Assembly: GCF_009914755.1 (NCBI RefSeq)
Contig: NC_060925.1
Source of the DNA: the human T2T-CHM13v2.0 reference genome, Homo sapiens
Length of the DNA: 64,000 nucleotides
Reading direction: 5' to 3' (one strand)
Below the pieces are notes generated by a model. It saw only the letters and a program-made list of their open reading frames with translations. It made no database searches and was not told the origin of the DNA. Positions within the stretch are counted from its first letter, which is position 1. Each line of letters begins with the position of its first letter. The translations under genes and the position numbers were made by a program. Shown here in pieces: positions 17,160-31,628 of this stretch.

Positions 17160-19429
17160 GCCTTTTTGAACAGTCAGGGACCTCCAGTACAATGTTGAAT
17201 TGAAGTGGTAAGATATATACCTCAGATTTGTCTATTTCTCAAAATGTTTCATCTGCCATCACCCTAGTGCAAACTGCCAGCTTTATCATTTGAACTTCTG
17301 AAATTGTTTTTGACTGTTCTTTCTTGGTTTATTTTTGTTTTCTTTTCCTCTCCAATCTCTAAACATCCACTGAAATAATATTTTAAAAACATAAACCTGA
17401 TATATTACCATTGCTTAAAATTATTGTATGGCTTCCCATATTCTTAGCATTAAATCTCAAAATTCTTATGTCCTGTAAAACTCTCCCTGATTCTGTACCT
17501 CTCACATTACTAACATCAGTTCACTTTCTGCACTCTCAGTATGTTGCATTTCATCTGACCTCTAGGCATTTTCACAAGTTCTGTTTCCTCAGTAAATGCA
17601 ATTAATGATGACTACCACAAAAAATTACTGTGAGCATTCAATGAGATTATGTTTGTGACCACACTTTATAAATTGCAAACTCTCTGTAACTGTAAGGTGC
17701 AAGATTAGGAAAAAGTGTAATACAAGGTCAAGGCTCCTTTTGATTCTGTACTTCAGTGGCACTCTCGTTCTCTAGGTGGCCCATGTAGAAACTTCAAAGT
17801 CATCCTTGACTCCTCTTTAGTCTCGTTTTATTTATTTCTCTCTTTCTTTCTTTTTAAAATTATTTTCCTATTTTCAGTTCTACAGTTTATCTCTGAAATC
17901 CATCCAGTTATCTCCATCTCCACTGCTACTTCCTTATTTCACATGTCAAATACAGCACATTATCTTAAATAGTATCCTGCCTTCAGCTTTGCTTATCATC
18001 TTTTTTCCACCAATCACTAGATTTAGCTTTCTAAAAATGCAAATTTGAACATAGCACTTCTTTGACTTAAAATTCCCAGTGTTTTTCTTTTGCTCTTAAG
18101 ATAAAAACAAAACATCTTAAAACAATCTTCAAAGCCCCTTATGATTATGTCCCTGCCTGCCTCCCCGGCCTCCATCTCACCACATGCAGCCTGTCATCCA
18201 GAGTCATCCCAACCACAGGAAACTTTCATATCCCCAGCATGTGTCCTCTCACCTCCATGCCTTTGTGCACATTAGTCTCTTTGTCAGAGACACTCTTCTC
18301 CACTTTTCATTACAGCAACTCCAATTTATTTTTAGGTCTTAGTCTAAATATAATTTCTTTCCAAAAATCTTTCTTAATTCTCCAATATCAAGTGCAATTT
18401 CCTCCTTATCCCAAGTTACCATTTATCATTGCATTTATCACATTTTACTCACAGTTTTGTAATTTTCTCTACTTCATTAGACTTTGCTAATTATAAACTA
18501 AATACTTAAAAAAGGTAAAAATGTCCCTGAGATTTTAGTTCATGGACCCCAGAAATAGTTACCCACTTTAGAGGGAGAATATTATTTAATAAAAAGTTGA
18601 AAGTCTTGCCTAAGAGTATCTTTGTTCCAATATCCCAGATATTAAAATGTATAGTACTTTATTGGAAAGAGATTTTGTTTATGATAGATGCTGAATTTTT
18701 CAAAGTTGGACAGTTACCATGAATCAAGAAACAAGATGTCTAATATCATTTCAGTGGTTAGGCCATCTAGCATATGTTCAGCAATAAATTATGTGAAGCA
18801 TCAGATTCAATATAAGCTACATATTAGCCATTTACAACGAGGAACGAATCCATGACTGCAAAGTGAGACAGCATTATCAATTATGGTAGTAGCAGCATTA
18901 TACAGGACTCATCCTTCTGGATTTAACAGCATACTACTTCCTGGGAAAAATATAAACAAAGAACACCAATATTAGCATTGACTCCTACACAAGTGATAGG
19001 GATACATTCAGAAAAGCTTGAAGTTAGGGTCTCTTTTGCATCTCACATGTTCAAATTAACCTGTAATCTCAGGTTTAGGAAAACTGAAAAACCATCACAT
19101 CCACCACCTTAAAGGTCAAATCAAAAAGATCAAATGCCCACAGGACCATGCAGATGCTCAAGGCAGAACAGTGTGATGAATAAGAAATCACGTGCTCTGA
19201 CTCACGCTCCAGCCAAACAGCGCTGAGCAGGAACGTAGGTATACCCACGCTGACCATATCAACTAATTTCTTTCTGCTCATTAATTAAGAAATCTATACA
19301 TTTTTTAATGTTGGCAATTAATTCAGCATTTTAAAGAAAATATGTTTCAGGCTAACACCGTAGGGGCTAAAGAGAATTGGCATGTGTCTTGCGACCTTGT
19401 GCAATTTATTTAACCTATCTATACCTTAG

Positions 19430-20262
19430 TTTATTATTTTTATTCTTAATTCTTTCTTTTATGTTATTATGGATACATAATAATTGTACATATTTATGGG
19501 GTACATGTGATGTTTTGATTCAGGCATAAAATGTGTAATGATCAAACCAGAATAATAGGGATATCTGACTTAAGCATTTATCATTTCTTTGGATTAGGGA
19601 CATTCTAATTCTGTTCTTTAGTTGTTTTAAAACATACAATAAATTATTGTTAACTATAGTCACTCCATTATGCTACTGAATACTAGATCTTATTCATTTT
19701 ATCTAACTGTACTTTTGTATCTATTAACCATTTCCACTTTATCTCATCTTCCCCACTACCCTTCCCAGCCTCTGGTAACTATCATTCTACTTTCTATCTC
19801 CATGAGTTCATTTTTATTTAAGCTCCCACATATGAGCGAGAACATGTGATATTTGTTTTTCTGTGCCTGGCTTATTTCACTTCATATAATGGCTTCCAGT
19901 TCCATCCATGTTGTTGCAAATGATAGGATTTCATTCTTTTTATGTCTGAATAATATTCCTTGTGAATATGTACCACATTTTCTTTATCCATTTATCTACT
20001 GATGTACATTTAGGCTGGTTCAAAATCTTTACTATTGTTAATTGTGCTGCAGTAAACATGGGAGTGCAGCTATCTCTTAGATATACTGATTTCTTTTCTT
20101 TTGGATATATACCTGGCAGTGGGATTGCTGGATAATATGGTAGTACAATTGTTAGTTTTTTGAGAAACCTCCATGCTGTTCTCCATCTCAGTGACTGTAC
20201 AAATTAACATTCCCACCAACAGTGTATGAGAGTTCCCCTTTCTTTGCATCCTCACAAGCATT
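19430..20262 (-). mobile_element. L1MA-type 3' fragment
   Basis: Reverse L1 3'UTR/ORF2 end (tacatatttatggggtacatgtga...cattcccaccaacagtgt). Confidence 0.8.
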
Positions 20263-20837
20263 CATTTATTTTTTAAATGGACATAATAATAAGACCTACT
20301 TCAAAAGGTTAGAGCAGTGGTTGATAATAATAAGCACTCAGTAAATGTTAGGTATTATTATTATTATTATCTTTAGGCCACCACTGAGTTCTTTCTTTCT
20401 GGGCCAGGAACTGTGCCATAGTAAGCAGAAAATAAAGAGGAATAGGTCGCTGACCAGGCCATCAAACTACTCATAGTATAGAGAATGAGTGACAGAAGCA
20501 AAATCAGCAGAGTAAGTCTCAACTAGAGAGAAGCACAGAGGACTAAGGATGCTCCCTGGAAGGGCCTTTTACCCAAACTGGAGGAAGTAAAAGGATATCA
20601 GGGAAGGATTCTTAGAACAGATGATACCTGAATGCACTTTTAAAAGATGACTACTAGTTAAATAGGTAAACTATGAAGAAGTGAGGAAGATGATCCAGCA
20701 GAAAGCTGTATCAGCAAGGTCCAGAGGCCTGAGAAATCCACATATAGTTCAGTAGGGATGAATCAGGGAATACAAGGACATCAGTCAAACAACACAGACT
20801 ATAAATGTAAAACTGGAACCAGATGTTGAAAGTCCTT

Positions 20838-21353
20838 GTACAAGTCAGGGTTCTCTAGAGAAGCAGAACAAGTGGAATATATCTATTTATATGTGTAAGA
20901 GGTGATTTATTGTGGTAATTGACTCATATGATTATGAAGACCAAGAAATCCCACAATATGCTCTCCACTAACCAGAGAACCCAGAAAGTCAGTGATGTAA
21001 TTCAGTGTGAGTTCAAAGTCCTGAGAATCAGGAGGGTCACCACTGTAAGTTCCAGACTCTGAAGGCCCAAGGATCTGAAGTGCTGATATCTGAGGTCAGG
21101 AGAAGGTGCATGTCACAGCCCCAGAAAAGAGAGCTAATTCACCCTTCCTCTGCCTCCTCATTCTGTTGGGGCCCTCAAGGCATTGGATGATGCCTGCCCA
21201 CATTGGTGAGGGTGGATCTTTTACACTCAGTCTATGACTCAAATGCTAATCTCTTCAAGAAGCACCCTCACAGACACACTAGAAATAACAGTTTACCAGC
21301 TATCTGGGTATCCCTTAGCCCAGTCAAGTTGACACATTTAATGAACTATCACA
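20838..21353 (-). mobile_element. MLT2-type (ERVL) solo LTR
   Basis: gtcagggttctctagagaagcagaac ... cccagtcaagttgacaca...atcaca termini. Confidence 0.75.
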
Positions 21354-24139
21354 GGCCTTGTGTGTGTCATCAATGGAGGTCACTGCAAAGTTTTAAAAAG
21401 GAATATAGAACAACTCTTATTATTATTTTAGAATGCTTCTCTTGTAACAAAGCAAAGGCTGGACTGGAGAAATTCAAAACTGGAAGCAGGGAAATCAGTT
21501 CATCTAGAAGAAATATCTATTACGTTAACTGAAGCAGTAGCTTTGAAAGAGAAAGGAGATATTGGTTTAGGGAGATTTTAATAGGACTTCTGAATGGATT
21601 GAGGTGGGAGCACAAGGGAAATGAGGAGGTCAAGAAAGACTTCCAGGCTTCTGGCTTAACCATCATGATAATGATGGATACAAGAAAAGGAGCAGATTTA
21701 TGAGGGAAATTATCAGATTAGGAGGAGAAGGAGCCAAGGTGTGAAGCCAAACAGATAGAGAAGAACCAGGCAAGATGAAAAATAAGCAGGCACAACCTGG
21801 CAAATAAGAGCTGTCCTCAATACATTTTAGAGAAAGAAATCAACACCTGCTTCCCAGATTTCATTTCTCTCCTGGGCTTGTCTCCTCTGATACATCATGA
21901 TCAACTAAAGAAGAAAGCTGAGATGAATTAATCCATCAATATGTATTGTATCCATTCCCATTTCCTTATAACCAGGTACCCAGATTTGTGGATCACTTTC
22001 AAATTATAGTCTGGGCCCAAAGAAGAGAGTCTCTTGTTTTCTTTTTGTTTTCCTGTGTGACGCCAGCTGGTTCACAAAGAGATTTAACTCTGTGTCCTCG
22101 GATTCCTTAATGCCAGGCTCTTAGTAGTCTAGGATATAGCAGTAATTTAAGAACATCTGCCAATTTTTTCTAGGCAGGTTTTGGTGAGACTTCATATTGA
22201 GACTTTAACTCAGAGTTGCAAACTGGAAGTCCAGGAACCAAATATGGCTTGCAGACTTTTTTATGTCACATATGGTATTTAAAAATATGAATTAAAGTAC
22301 ATTTAAAGACACAGATATTCAATAGGTCTCATATTGGTAGCCATTTGAGTTTACTACCCCTCCTTAAATATTAGATGATTATGTCCTTTTCCACATATTA
22401 TTTGGACCCTAAAGCATTCTGGATATAATAACTTCATAGGATACAAACACACTGATGATGTGGACTGTTCTTTGACAAGCGGCAGGAAAATAGGAGTGAG
22501 CTAAATTTCTGAAATCTTATGTTTATTGTGCTAATCCTTATCAGTTTATCACTAAAAGGAGTAGAGCCAACCAATCACCACGCAGATCACTGGAAAGATT
22601 AAATCAGTCCAATAGATGGAGATATTTCTATGAATATAGCTGATATTAACATTCCAATATTTCATTACACTGACAAAGATTGCAATGAGAACAGACAATG
22701 GAACAAATTAATCTATTCTTCTGACAGTATGTAATGAGAATGGGATGTGGTTTAAAAAATTAAGCCATTCTTAGTGCAATCTCAAGATTGCAATCTCATG
22801 GTCTCTCTCAGATGCTATACACTCTGGTGATACGTCATTGAAAAGTGTCAGTTTAACAAAGAATGTGTCTTAGCTCTTGCTGGGATTGTAGAACACATTT
22901 GCTTTGTCTCACCGCAGCCCTGCCCATTAAAAACAATGAAGTAGAATCAATTATACTTTTCAGAACACACATAAACACAATCAAAGTTGAAAAATTAAGA
23001 TACTTCTGGCAATTTTATATTGGTCAAAACTTACTAACAAAATATTGTAGCGTATTGCTCTCTTTTTAATCTTTTTAATGTGAGTTTCTAAATTTAATTT
23101 TATAAAACAGAAGACAGTGAAAGGTTACTTTAGGGATTGAGAATCTAATACTAACTTATCCGTAAGTGGGGTATAGATAATTAAGGCTGTCATGGAGAGC
23201 TGCACAGTCATTCTCTCTGCATAGTCATATTGCATTATGAGCTGAGCCTTATGACCAGTGAGATAGGTTGTAGCCTTAAAATTTGCAGTAACTCAATGTA
23301 ATATTTTACTTGGTATTCATACCCAAAGAGAACCTAAAAAGGACCTAAGTTGACTGGTGTTCTAAACAAAACAGAAAACATACAATTATGTTTTTTATAT
23401 CTAGCTCTCTAGGTTCAAACCAAAAAGAATTGGTAAGACTTTTAGATGTGCAGATGATGATAATAGCAACAACAACGCAGCTACACTTGTTGAGAGCCAA
23501 CAATGTGCCTGGAGCTCCATGTATACTATCTCAGTTAGTCCTACTAACCTGTGGGTTAAGTTCTTTTAGGATAAGACATTTGCTCAATGTCACATGCTAG
23601 TAAGAGGGCAGTCAAGACTTAAATACTCAGGTTCTCTGTCTTCAAAGCCCATGTTTGCCACGATTATACTCTGTCTTCCCTGCTTCATCTTACATTTAGC
23701 AAAATTAATGCTCATGAGGCAAATTGGTTTAATTAGTATCTCCCAGAGAGTTTACAGCAAAGCCAGACTGAAAATTAGACCTCCAGATTTCCTTGGTAAA
23801 GGTACTTCTTATTATGTCACTCTGCTTTAATTTATTGAAGCACCTCCTCCCATATTTTTGAATGAAAGATATTATATTGATTAAATTTGCCACTAGATTT
23901 CAGTAATTTACCTGCTCATGTTGTCATCTAGAATTAAACTAAACATTATATTCACTCTACAGTGTTTCTTGATGGCTAGGCATTGTGCCCTATTCTCTAA
24001 ACATAATAATGAATAAGATATTTATTGCTGTTAAGCTATCATCTTCATTCATTTATTCAATAAATGTTACTGAGTCCTATATACCAGAATTTATATGAGT
24101 TCCAGTTAAATAACACTTTTAGTGCCTATGTTTTTTAAT

Positions 24140-24602
24140 TGTTTACTGTTATTCAACTTCTATTTTAGATTCAGGGGGTACATGTGCAGGTTCATTGGTA
24201 TATTGTGATGCTCAGGTTTGGGTTATAGATCTCATCACCAGGCAGTGAGCATAGTACCCAATAGGTAGTTTTTCAACTTGCCCCTCTCTCTCCCTTCCTC
24301 CTCTAGTAGTCTGCAGTGTCTATTGTTCTCATCTTTATGTCCATGTGTACCCAAAGTTTAGTTCCCACTTATAGGTGAGAACATGTGTTATTTGGTTTTC
24401 TGGTCCTGCATTAATTCCCCTTGGATAATGACCTCTACTGTCCACAATAGCAAAGACATGGAATCAACTTAGGTGCACATCAACAGAGGATTGGATAAAG
24501 AAAATGTGGTACATACACACCATAGAATACTATATGGCCATAAAAAGAACAAAATAATGTCCATTGCAGCAACATGGATGTAGCTGGAGGCCATTATCCT
24601 AA
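24140..24602. mobile_element. Short old primate L1 3' end with internal inversion (- 24140-24437, + 24440-24602)
   Basis: Reverse 3'UTR followed by forward cacaatagcaaagacatggaatcaac...ggaggccattatcctaa. Confidence 0.75.
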
Positions 24603-25303
24603 GGGAAATAATGCATACCTTTTGAATACCTATTAATAGCCAAGTACTGTGCTAGGCACAGAAGATACAATGGTGAAAAGACACAGTCCCTGACCTCAAG
24701 GCATTTATGATCTATATGCACAGGCAGACAAATAAAGAGGCAATTAAGTATAATACATGTTATGATAGTACAGGTTGTTATGGAAGTACATAGGAAGGGT
24801 ACCCAGGAAAAGTCAATCAAAGATAAGAGCTAAATGACAGTAGATGTTACGAAGGAAAAAGAGGTAGGGGAGAACATTCCAGGCAAAAGGAATCGCATTT
24901 TAGAATTAACAACTGAACCATAAAATGCAGTGAAAAAAACTAGGCATTCACATATTTCTTATTTATTCATTTACCAATTTTCATTGAAAAAAATAACACC
25001 AGATTATTTTTGGTTTATTATCACTTACATAAAATAGTCAGTACATTTTGACAAATGAATACATGAATGAGGTTATCACATGTTGTGCTGAATGCCTGTT
25101 CTGTAGCTTTTCACTGGTCTATCACTTTTGAGAAACAACATACACAATCTCCATTCATGTCTTTTCTTTTCTTGATAAAGTATCGACAAACAAGGGAGAA
25201 GTTGAATCCACAAATTGACACCATGGTTATATAGACTCTGCAGCTGACTCACAATACTGGGTTTAACTCTTGTTTTTCAGGATAATGAGAGTGCAAGCTA
25301 TGC

Positions 25304-25765
25304 TCTAGAATTATGTTGTTTAATATGAAAGCCACTTACCATGACTATTTAAATTTATATTAAATAAAATTAAACAAATTAAAAACTCAATTTATCAGTC
25401 ACACTAGCCACATTTTAAGTGCTCTGTAACTTTATGCTATCATATTTAACAACATATAACTTTTTTTTTTTTTTGAGACGGAGTCTTGCTCTGTCGCCCA
25501 GGCTGGAGTGCAGTGGCACGATCTCGACTCACTGCAACCTCTGCCTCCCAGGTTGAAGTGATTTTCCTGCCTCGAGTAGCTGGGACTACAGGCGCCAGCC
25601 ACCACGTCCAGCTAATTTTTTGTGTTTTTAGTAGAGATGCGGTTTCACCCTGTTAGCCAGGATGGTCTCAATCTCCTGACCTCGTGATCTGCCGCCTCGG
25701 CCTCCCAAAGTGCTGGGATTACAAGAACATTTTTATCAGTGTAAAAAGTTCTATTGGATACTCCT
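25304..25765. mobile_element. MER3/MER33-like hAT relic split by an Alu
   Basis: agtcacactagccacattttaagtgctc ... gaacatttttatcagtgtaaaaagttctattgga. Confidence 0.55.
25461..25723 (-). mobile_element. Alu (Y/Sc-like), 5'-truncated by ~23 nt, small internal deletion
   Basis: Poly-T, gagacggagtcttgctctgtcgccc ... gctgggattaca. Confidence 0.9.
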
Positions 25766-26579
25766 ACTCTAGATCTAGGTTATTATTTCTACTAAACTAT
25801 TGATAAATATTTCAGGAGACTGTTGAGAAATAATAGTTGCTCAATAAATAGTTATTAATATTTTTAAATTTAGCTTTATTCTCCTTTAATGGCAAAGTCT
25901 CATTCTTTAAAGTAGAAACCAACATTTACATAAATCCTCTAACATATTTTTTGTAGCAATCAAGGTAAAAATTTGATTAATGGGCTGACAATCTCCTTCC
26001 TGAATCTGTAATACCAGAAAATTTCCCAGATGTTAGTGTAGCATGGCTGCTTAGGCAAGACTGACAAAACAATCTCAAGGTGACAAATTTCAATTTCATG
26101 ACCCCCTCATGTTACATTGCCCACTTTCTGGTGGAGGCACTAATGAGTAGCATCACTGCCAAGAGTGCTTAAAGCAAAGGGGAGGAGATGCCAAGACTTT
26201 GCAGAATCTACTTTGAATAATGAAGAATTAAATATCATTCATCTTAAACTGATTTTCCAGACACACTGCCAAGAAGCAAACAAGTAACTCTATATTTTTG
26301 ATACCAGAATCTAAAAGAATTTCAAAGGGGGATGGTTGGCACCTGCATCAGAGTTTAACTCATTTTATGACTAGTCCCTCCCCACCCATTAGACTATGCA
26401 CAACTATTTTAAATGTGCTCACCATACTGGCTTATGTACTTACAGCTACACCAGCTCAACAATATCCAAATGATCATAAGGTAACAAAGTAGAGTTAGAA
26501 GATCAGTGATTGCTGAGCACCAGTTTGTTTGCTTATTGATTTACCTCATCCCAGAAATAATTTAAAAATAGTCAAGAGT

Positions 26580-26937
<358 letters not shown>

Positions 26938-28775
26938 TTAATAAGTAGTGACATATTTGATAAGAACACAATCTAAACAACAAAAAAAATGAGTGGCTAT
27001 ATTTACCTCTGAAATTAGTAACATGTTTTATAAAATGAGAAAACCTAATTCTGGTGCAGATGTATTGATAACCCTCACACACATGCTGTTGAGAGTATAA
27101 ATTTAGTACAACTGTTAGAATAATTGTTGTACCGAAGTCTTTAAAGTAGTTATGCCTTTGGCACATCATCTTCTCTCCTCAAAATATCATAAATGAATAA
27201 TCTATGAAATCTGGCAACTCATGTTGAAAAGATATTCTTTGAAGTGTTTACACCCAAATTTGGAAAAACCTAAAATTCGGAAATGATTAAAAACTAAATG
27301 CAGAGTCATTAAAATATGTTAACATAAAGTGTTAATAACATGAGAAAATGCTTCATTGCTTAGATTAATGCTTTAATATTTAGAAAAAACAATTACATAA
27401 TTGTATATTGACATAAGGTCAATGATGTAAAGTATAAGAAATATGTGAAATATTTTAACAATGGTTTCTTCTAAATGATAACATTTATTCCTTCTAATTC
27501 TCTTAATTTTTTAAACTTCTACAAGGAAGAAGTATTAATTTACAATTGGCAAAATTAGGTAATCATTCAGAATAATCCATAAAGTGTTGATCAAATCACA
27601 TTGCATATAATTTCACTAGGCCTACTGAAAGTGTATGGATAAACAGAATTTGATGGGAGTAAATTTTGGTAGAGTAGAGGTAGTAGTTGTGGCTTATATC
27701 TCAAAAGTCATTAAGATATAGACAGATGCTTACAATACCACAATCTAAAAGACAGGCAGCAGCAATGTCCTGGAACTTTATCCTCTCACTGATGCAGAGC
27801 AGTTTTTGTGAGGAATAGACAGGGCATCATGTGTTGATTACAGAGTATATTTATTATAATGTGTGCTAAAGAGAGCATGGATTTTGAAACAAAAGACTGC
27901 ACCAAACATTAGTTATATGTAAAATGTTTATAAATTAAAAACTAGCTCCACACATAACAACAACAACACCACCTACTTTGCATGGTGGTTAGGAGGATTA
28001 AAGGAGTTTATGTAGTTATCTACCATGATGCCTGATACAAAATGCATTCAGTAAAAGTAGCTACAAGCTTGGTTTCTAAGGGAGTATAGAAATCATTAGT
28101 TGCAGAACAGGAAATATTTAGCAATCAGGAATCTACAGTGAAGTTCTAAGAATCACAAAACAGTGATGCAGACTTTGAGATGAGCGATATTCAGAAATCC
28201 ATGCAGGCAGGCAACACGACAGACTTCAATCAATGAGTATTGTTAGCTAAAATAAAGATGTGAAGTGTCCAACAGAGTTTTAAAAATAATAACTACTTTA
28301 TAAATATTAAAAATTAAAATCCCAACAACTTTGTAACCAGTAATAGGATTTAAGCTTTAAAAAAATCTACTTTGCTCAAGTGATACAGGTGCTATGAGAA
28401 GTGCAAATTTCAGTGGTATTCCATGTTTACTACATACAATATAAGCTCTTTAGCCTGGGATTTATGGCATTATACAGTCTTGTTTAATCTGCCTTTCAAT
28501 CTTTACTTCTTATAATATCATGTACATACCCTATACTTCAGACAAACAAAACTACTTGCTCCTTGCATATTCCTTCACTCCTTATAAATGCCCTGTACTA
28601 TTTATTGAGTCTGAAACCAAATGAATAAAGATAAGTTTGTAGTATCAAATTATCCATCACTTTCTTTAGACCATTGGGGGAAAAAAGCCTAGAGGTCTCT
28701 TTGAATGTCTGCTGATGTTGCTCAGATTGATTTTTAATGCCTTTTTGTGTGTGTGTGTCTTCATTTGTTGCTTGA

Positions 28776-29072
<297 letters not shown>

Positions 29073-30487
29073 TAATTGCCTCAAGAAGTCTGAGTATCTC
29101 ATATTTCTTAGCTGCTGCTTTCTGATTTTGAAACGTTTCTCACAACTGATTAGTAAAAGAGAGACCAGGGTATGACAGATGACTCACAGTCTCATCTCAG
29201 CTGCAATTTTTATTAACTACGCGTGAGCCACACTTAGTCATTTTCTGAAGCAAGAAATTTGGCACAAGATGGATTTGTGTTGGCTTTTAAACATGAGGCA
29301 GGCCTCAGAATAGGTGGTCTTCAGTAGCACTGGCTCACGTAGGAGGCAGAAGACCTGGGTCCTAATCCCTCTCTAACTTTCTGAGTTGACAGTATTATGA
29401 TGTGGTTAACAGCATAGACTTCGAATTCAAATGGAGTGATCAATGTTATGGAAGGGATATTTAAACAGTAAAATAAATTTTTAAATACGGTCATAGGTCT
29501 AAAAGAATAGAGAGGGAATAGTCATATTATCACAGAATGAAATTCCAAACAATCCGCCTGCAAGAAGGGATTCTTAAGTGTGCAGACGGGTTATGTCTGC
29601 TTTGTTCTCAGAGTGTCACCGAGGAGATTGCACAACTTCTTTCCTAGTAACACAGTTCAGTCCAGTGTCTAGTAATCCTTCTGCCAGTATATTTTGTTGT
29701 CTATTAAAATCCTTGTGTTTTGATATCAATCGATTCCATTGCTCAGAGTGGAGAGTATTAGTTTGCATTCTTCACAATGGAGGACCTCATATGTAAAGAC
29801 CTAATGGTTCTTATTTTTCCATCCTAAACCATCCTAGTTATTGTCCTCTTAAATTATAACTTTGTTTCTGATCCTTCCTAGGCACTTTATAGCTCTTCAA
29901 CAAGAGAATAAAGTGAGGCTATTATTTCAGGAAATATCTCACTCAGGAGAAATAAAATAGGCCCCAGTCCAGATGTTTGAAAAGAGAATGCAAATTTTCC
30001 ATTCTTTTCCTAAAGGCAAAATCCAGACCAAGTCATTACCCAGTCTCATCTGTGTACACAGAAACTCTTAAGAAGAAAAATGAAGATCGTTTTGGGATGT
30101 GGATTGAGTATCTCAGAAGATAACCTCTTATCCTGGCCATTCAACCTGATGTGTTACATGTTTATTTGTTTAGAATCTTCCATCACTACCAAAATGTTAG
30201 CTCCATGAAAGCGGTCCTTTTTGTTTATTTTGTTCACTGCTATAACACTAACATCTAAAGCTGGATGCTTAAGAATGTTTGTTGAGTAAATGAATGAATA
30301 CCAGTATTGCCTATCAGTGCCTTCAATCTCTGCATCTGAATTTTGATGTCCAGAAAATTTCATCTTGAAAATTACATCACATAAAATAGTTTAGGAAAAC
30401 ATTTTCTTGTATTTCAGTGTGAACCTCAGAAAAAGTATGTCAAGCACCTATTCTAGAATTTCCTTCTCTCTGTGGGATGTGAGCTAT

Positions 30488-31628
30488 TGAGAGATGACAA
30501 CGTGCTAGCAGCCCTCACTCACTCTCGGGGCCTCCTTGGCCTCGTAGTCCACTCTGGCCACACATGAGGAACTCTTCAGCCCCCAGCTGCACCGTGGGAA
30601 CCCCTCTCTGGGCTGGCCGAGGCCGGAGCCCACTCCCTCAGCTTGCGGGGAGGTGTGGAGGGAGAGGCGCAGGAGGTAACCAGCTGGCGCTCGGGTGCCA
30701 GCATGAGTTCCCAGTGGGTGCAGGCCCCATACTTGGAGTGGCCGGTGGGCGCCACTCCAGGCACTGAGGGGCTTAGCACCTGAGCCAGCAGCTGCAGAGG
30801 GTGGGCCAGGTCCCGCAACACTGCTGGCCCGCCCGCACCGTGCTCAAATTCTCACCAGGCCTCAGCTGCCTCCCCACACGGCAGGGCTTGGGACTTGCAG
30901 CCCTCCATGCCCGAGTCCCCCCCCAACCGTGGGCTCCTGCGTGGCCCGAGCCTCTCCTATGGGCACTGCCCCCTGCTTCACGGCACCGGGTCCCACCGAC
31001 CGCCCAAAGGCTGAGGAGTGCAGGCGCGTGATGCAGGACTGGTGGGCAGCTCTGCCCACGGCCCTGGCCAGGTATCCACTAGGCAAAGCCAGCTGGGCTC
31101 CTGTGTGGGGTGGGGTCTTGGAGAACTTTTATGTCTATCTAGAGGGTTGTAAATGCACCAATCAGCACTCTGTGTCTAGCTCAGGGACCGTAAACACACC
31201 AATCAGCACCCTGTCAAAACGGACCAATCAGCTCTCTGTAAAATGGACCAATCAGCAGGATGTGGGTGGGGCCAGATAAGGGAATAAAAGCAGGGTGCCC
31301 AAGCCAGCAGCAGCAGTAAGCCACTCTGGTCATCTTCTGTATTGTGGAAGCTATGATTTTTGCTCTTAGCGATAAGTCTTGCTGATGTTCACTCTTTGGT
31401 CCACGCTGTGTTTATGAGCTGTAACACTGACCCCGAAGGTCTGCAGCTTCACTCCTGAAGTCAGCAAGACCACGAACCCACCAGAAGGAAGAAACTCCGG
31501 ACATATCTGAACATCTGAAGGAACAAACTCCGGACACGCCATCTTTAAGAAGTGTAACACTCACTGCGTGGGTGTGCGGCTTCATTCTTGAAGTCAGCGA
31601 GACCAAGAACCCACCAATTCTGGACACA
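30488..31628 (+). mobile_element. Solo LTR12-family (ERV9/HERV9) LTR
   Basis: TG...CA termini (tgagagatgacaacgtg...ctggacaca), 4-bp TSD ctat (30484-30487, 31629-31632), GC-rich U3 and ccaatcagc repeats. Confidence 0.92.
31158..31288 (+). promoter_or_regulatory. LTR12 core promoter: four CCAAT (NF-Y) boxes, GGGTGG box, GATA, AATAAA TATA-like box
   Basis: ccaat at 31158, 31199, 31224, 31248; gataag at 31275; aataaa at 31283; the known ERV9 LTR layout. Activity is not shown by sequence. Confidence 0.65.

Noticed and set aside
16908-17192. K/E/R-rich and F/S/L-rich ORFs
   Set aside because: Translation of the TTTC microsatellite.
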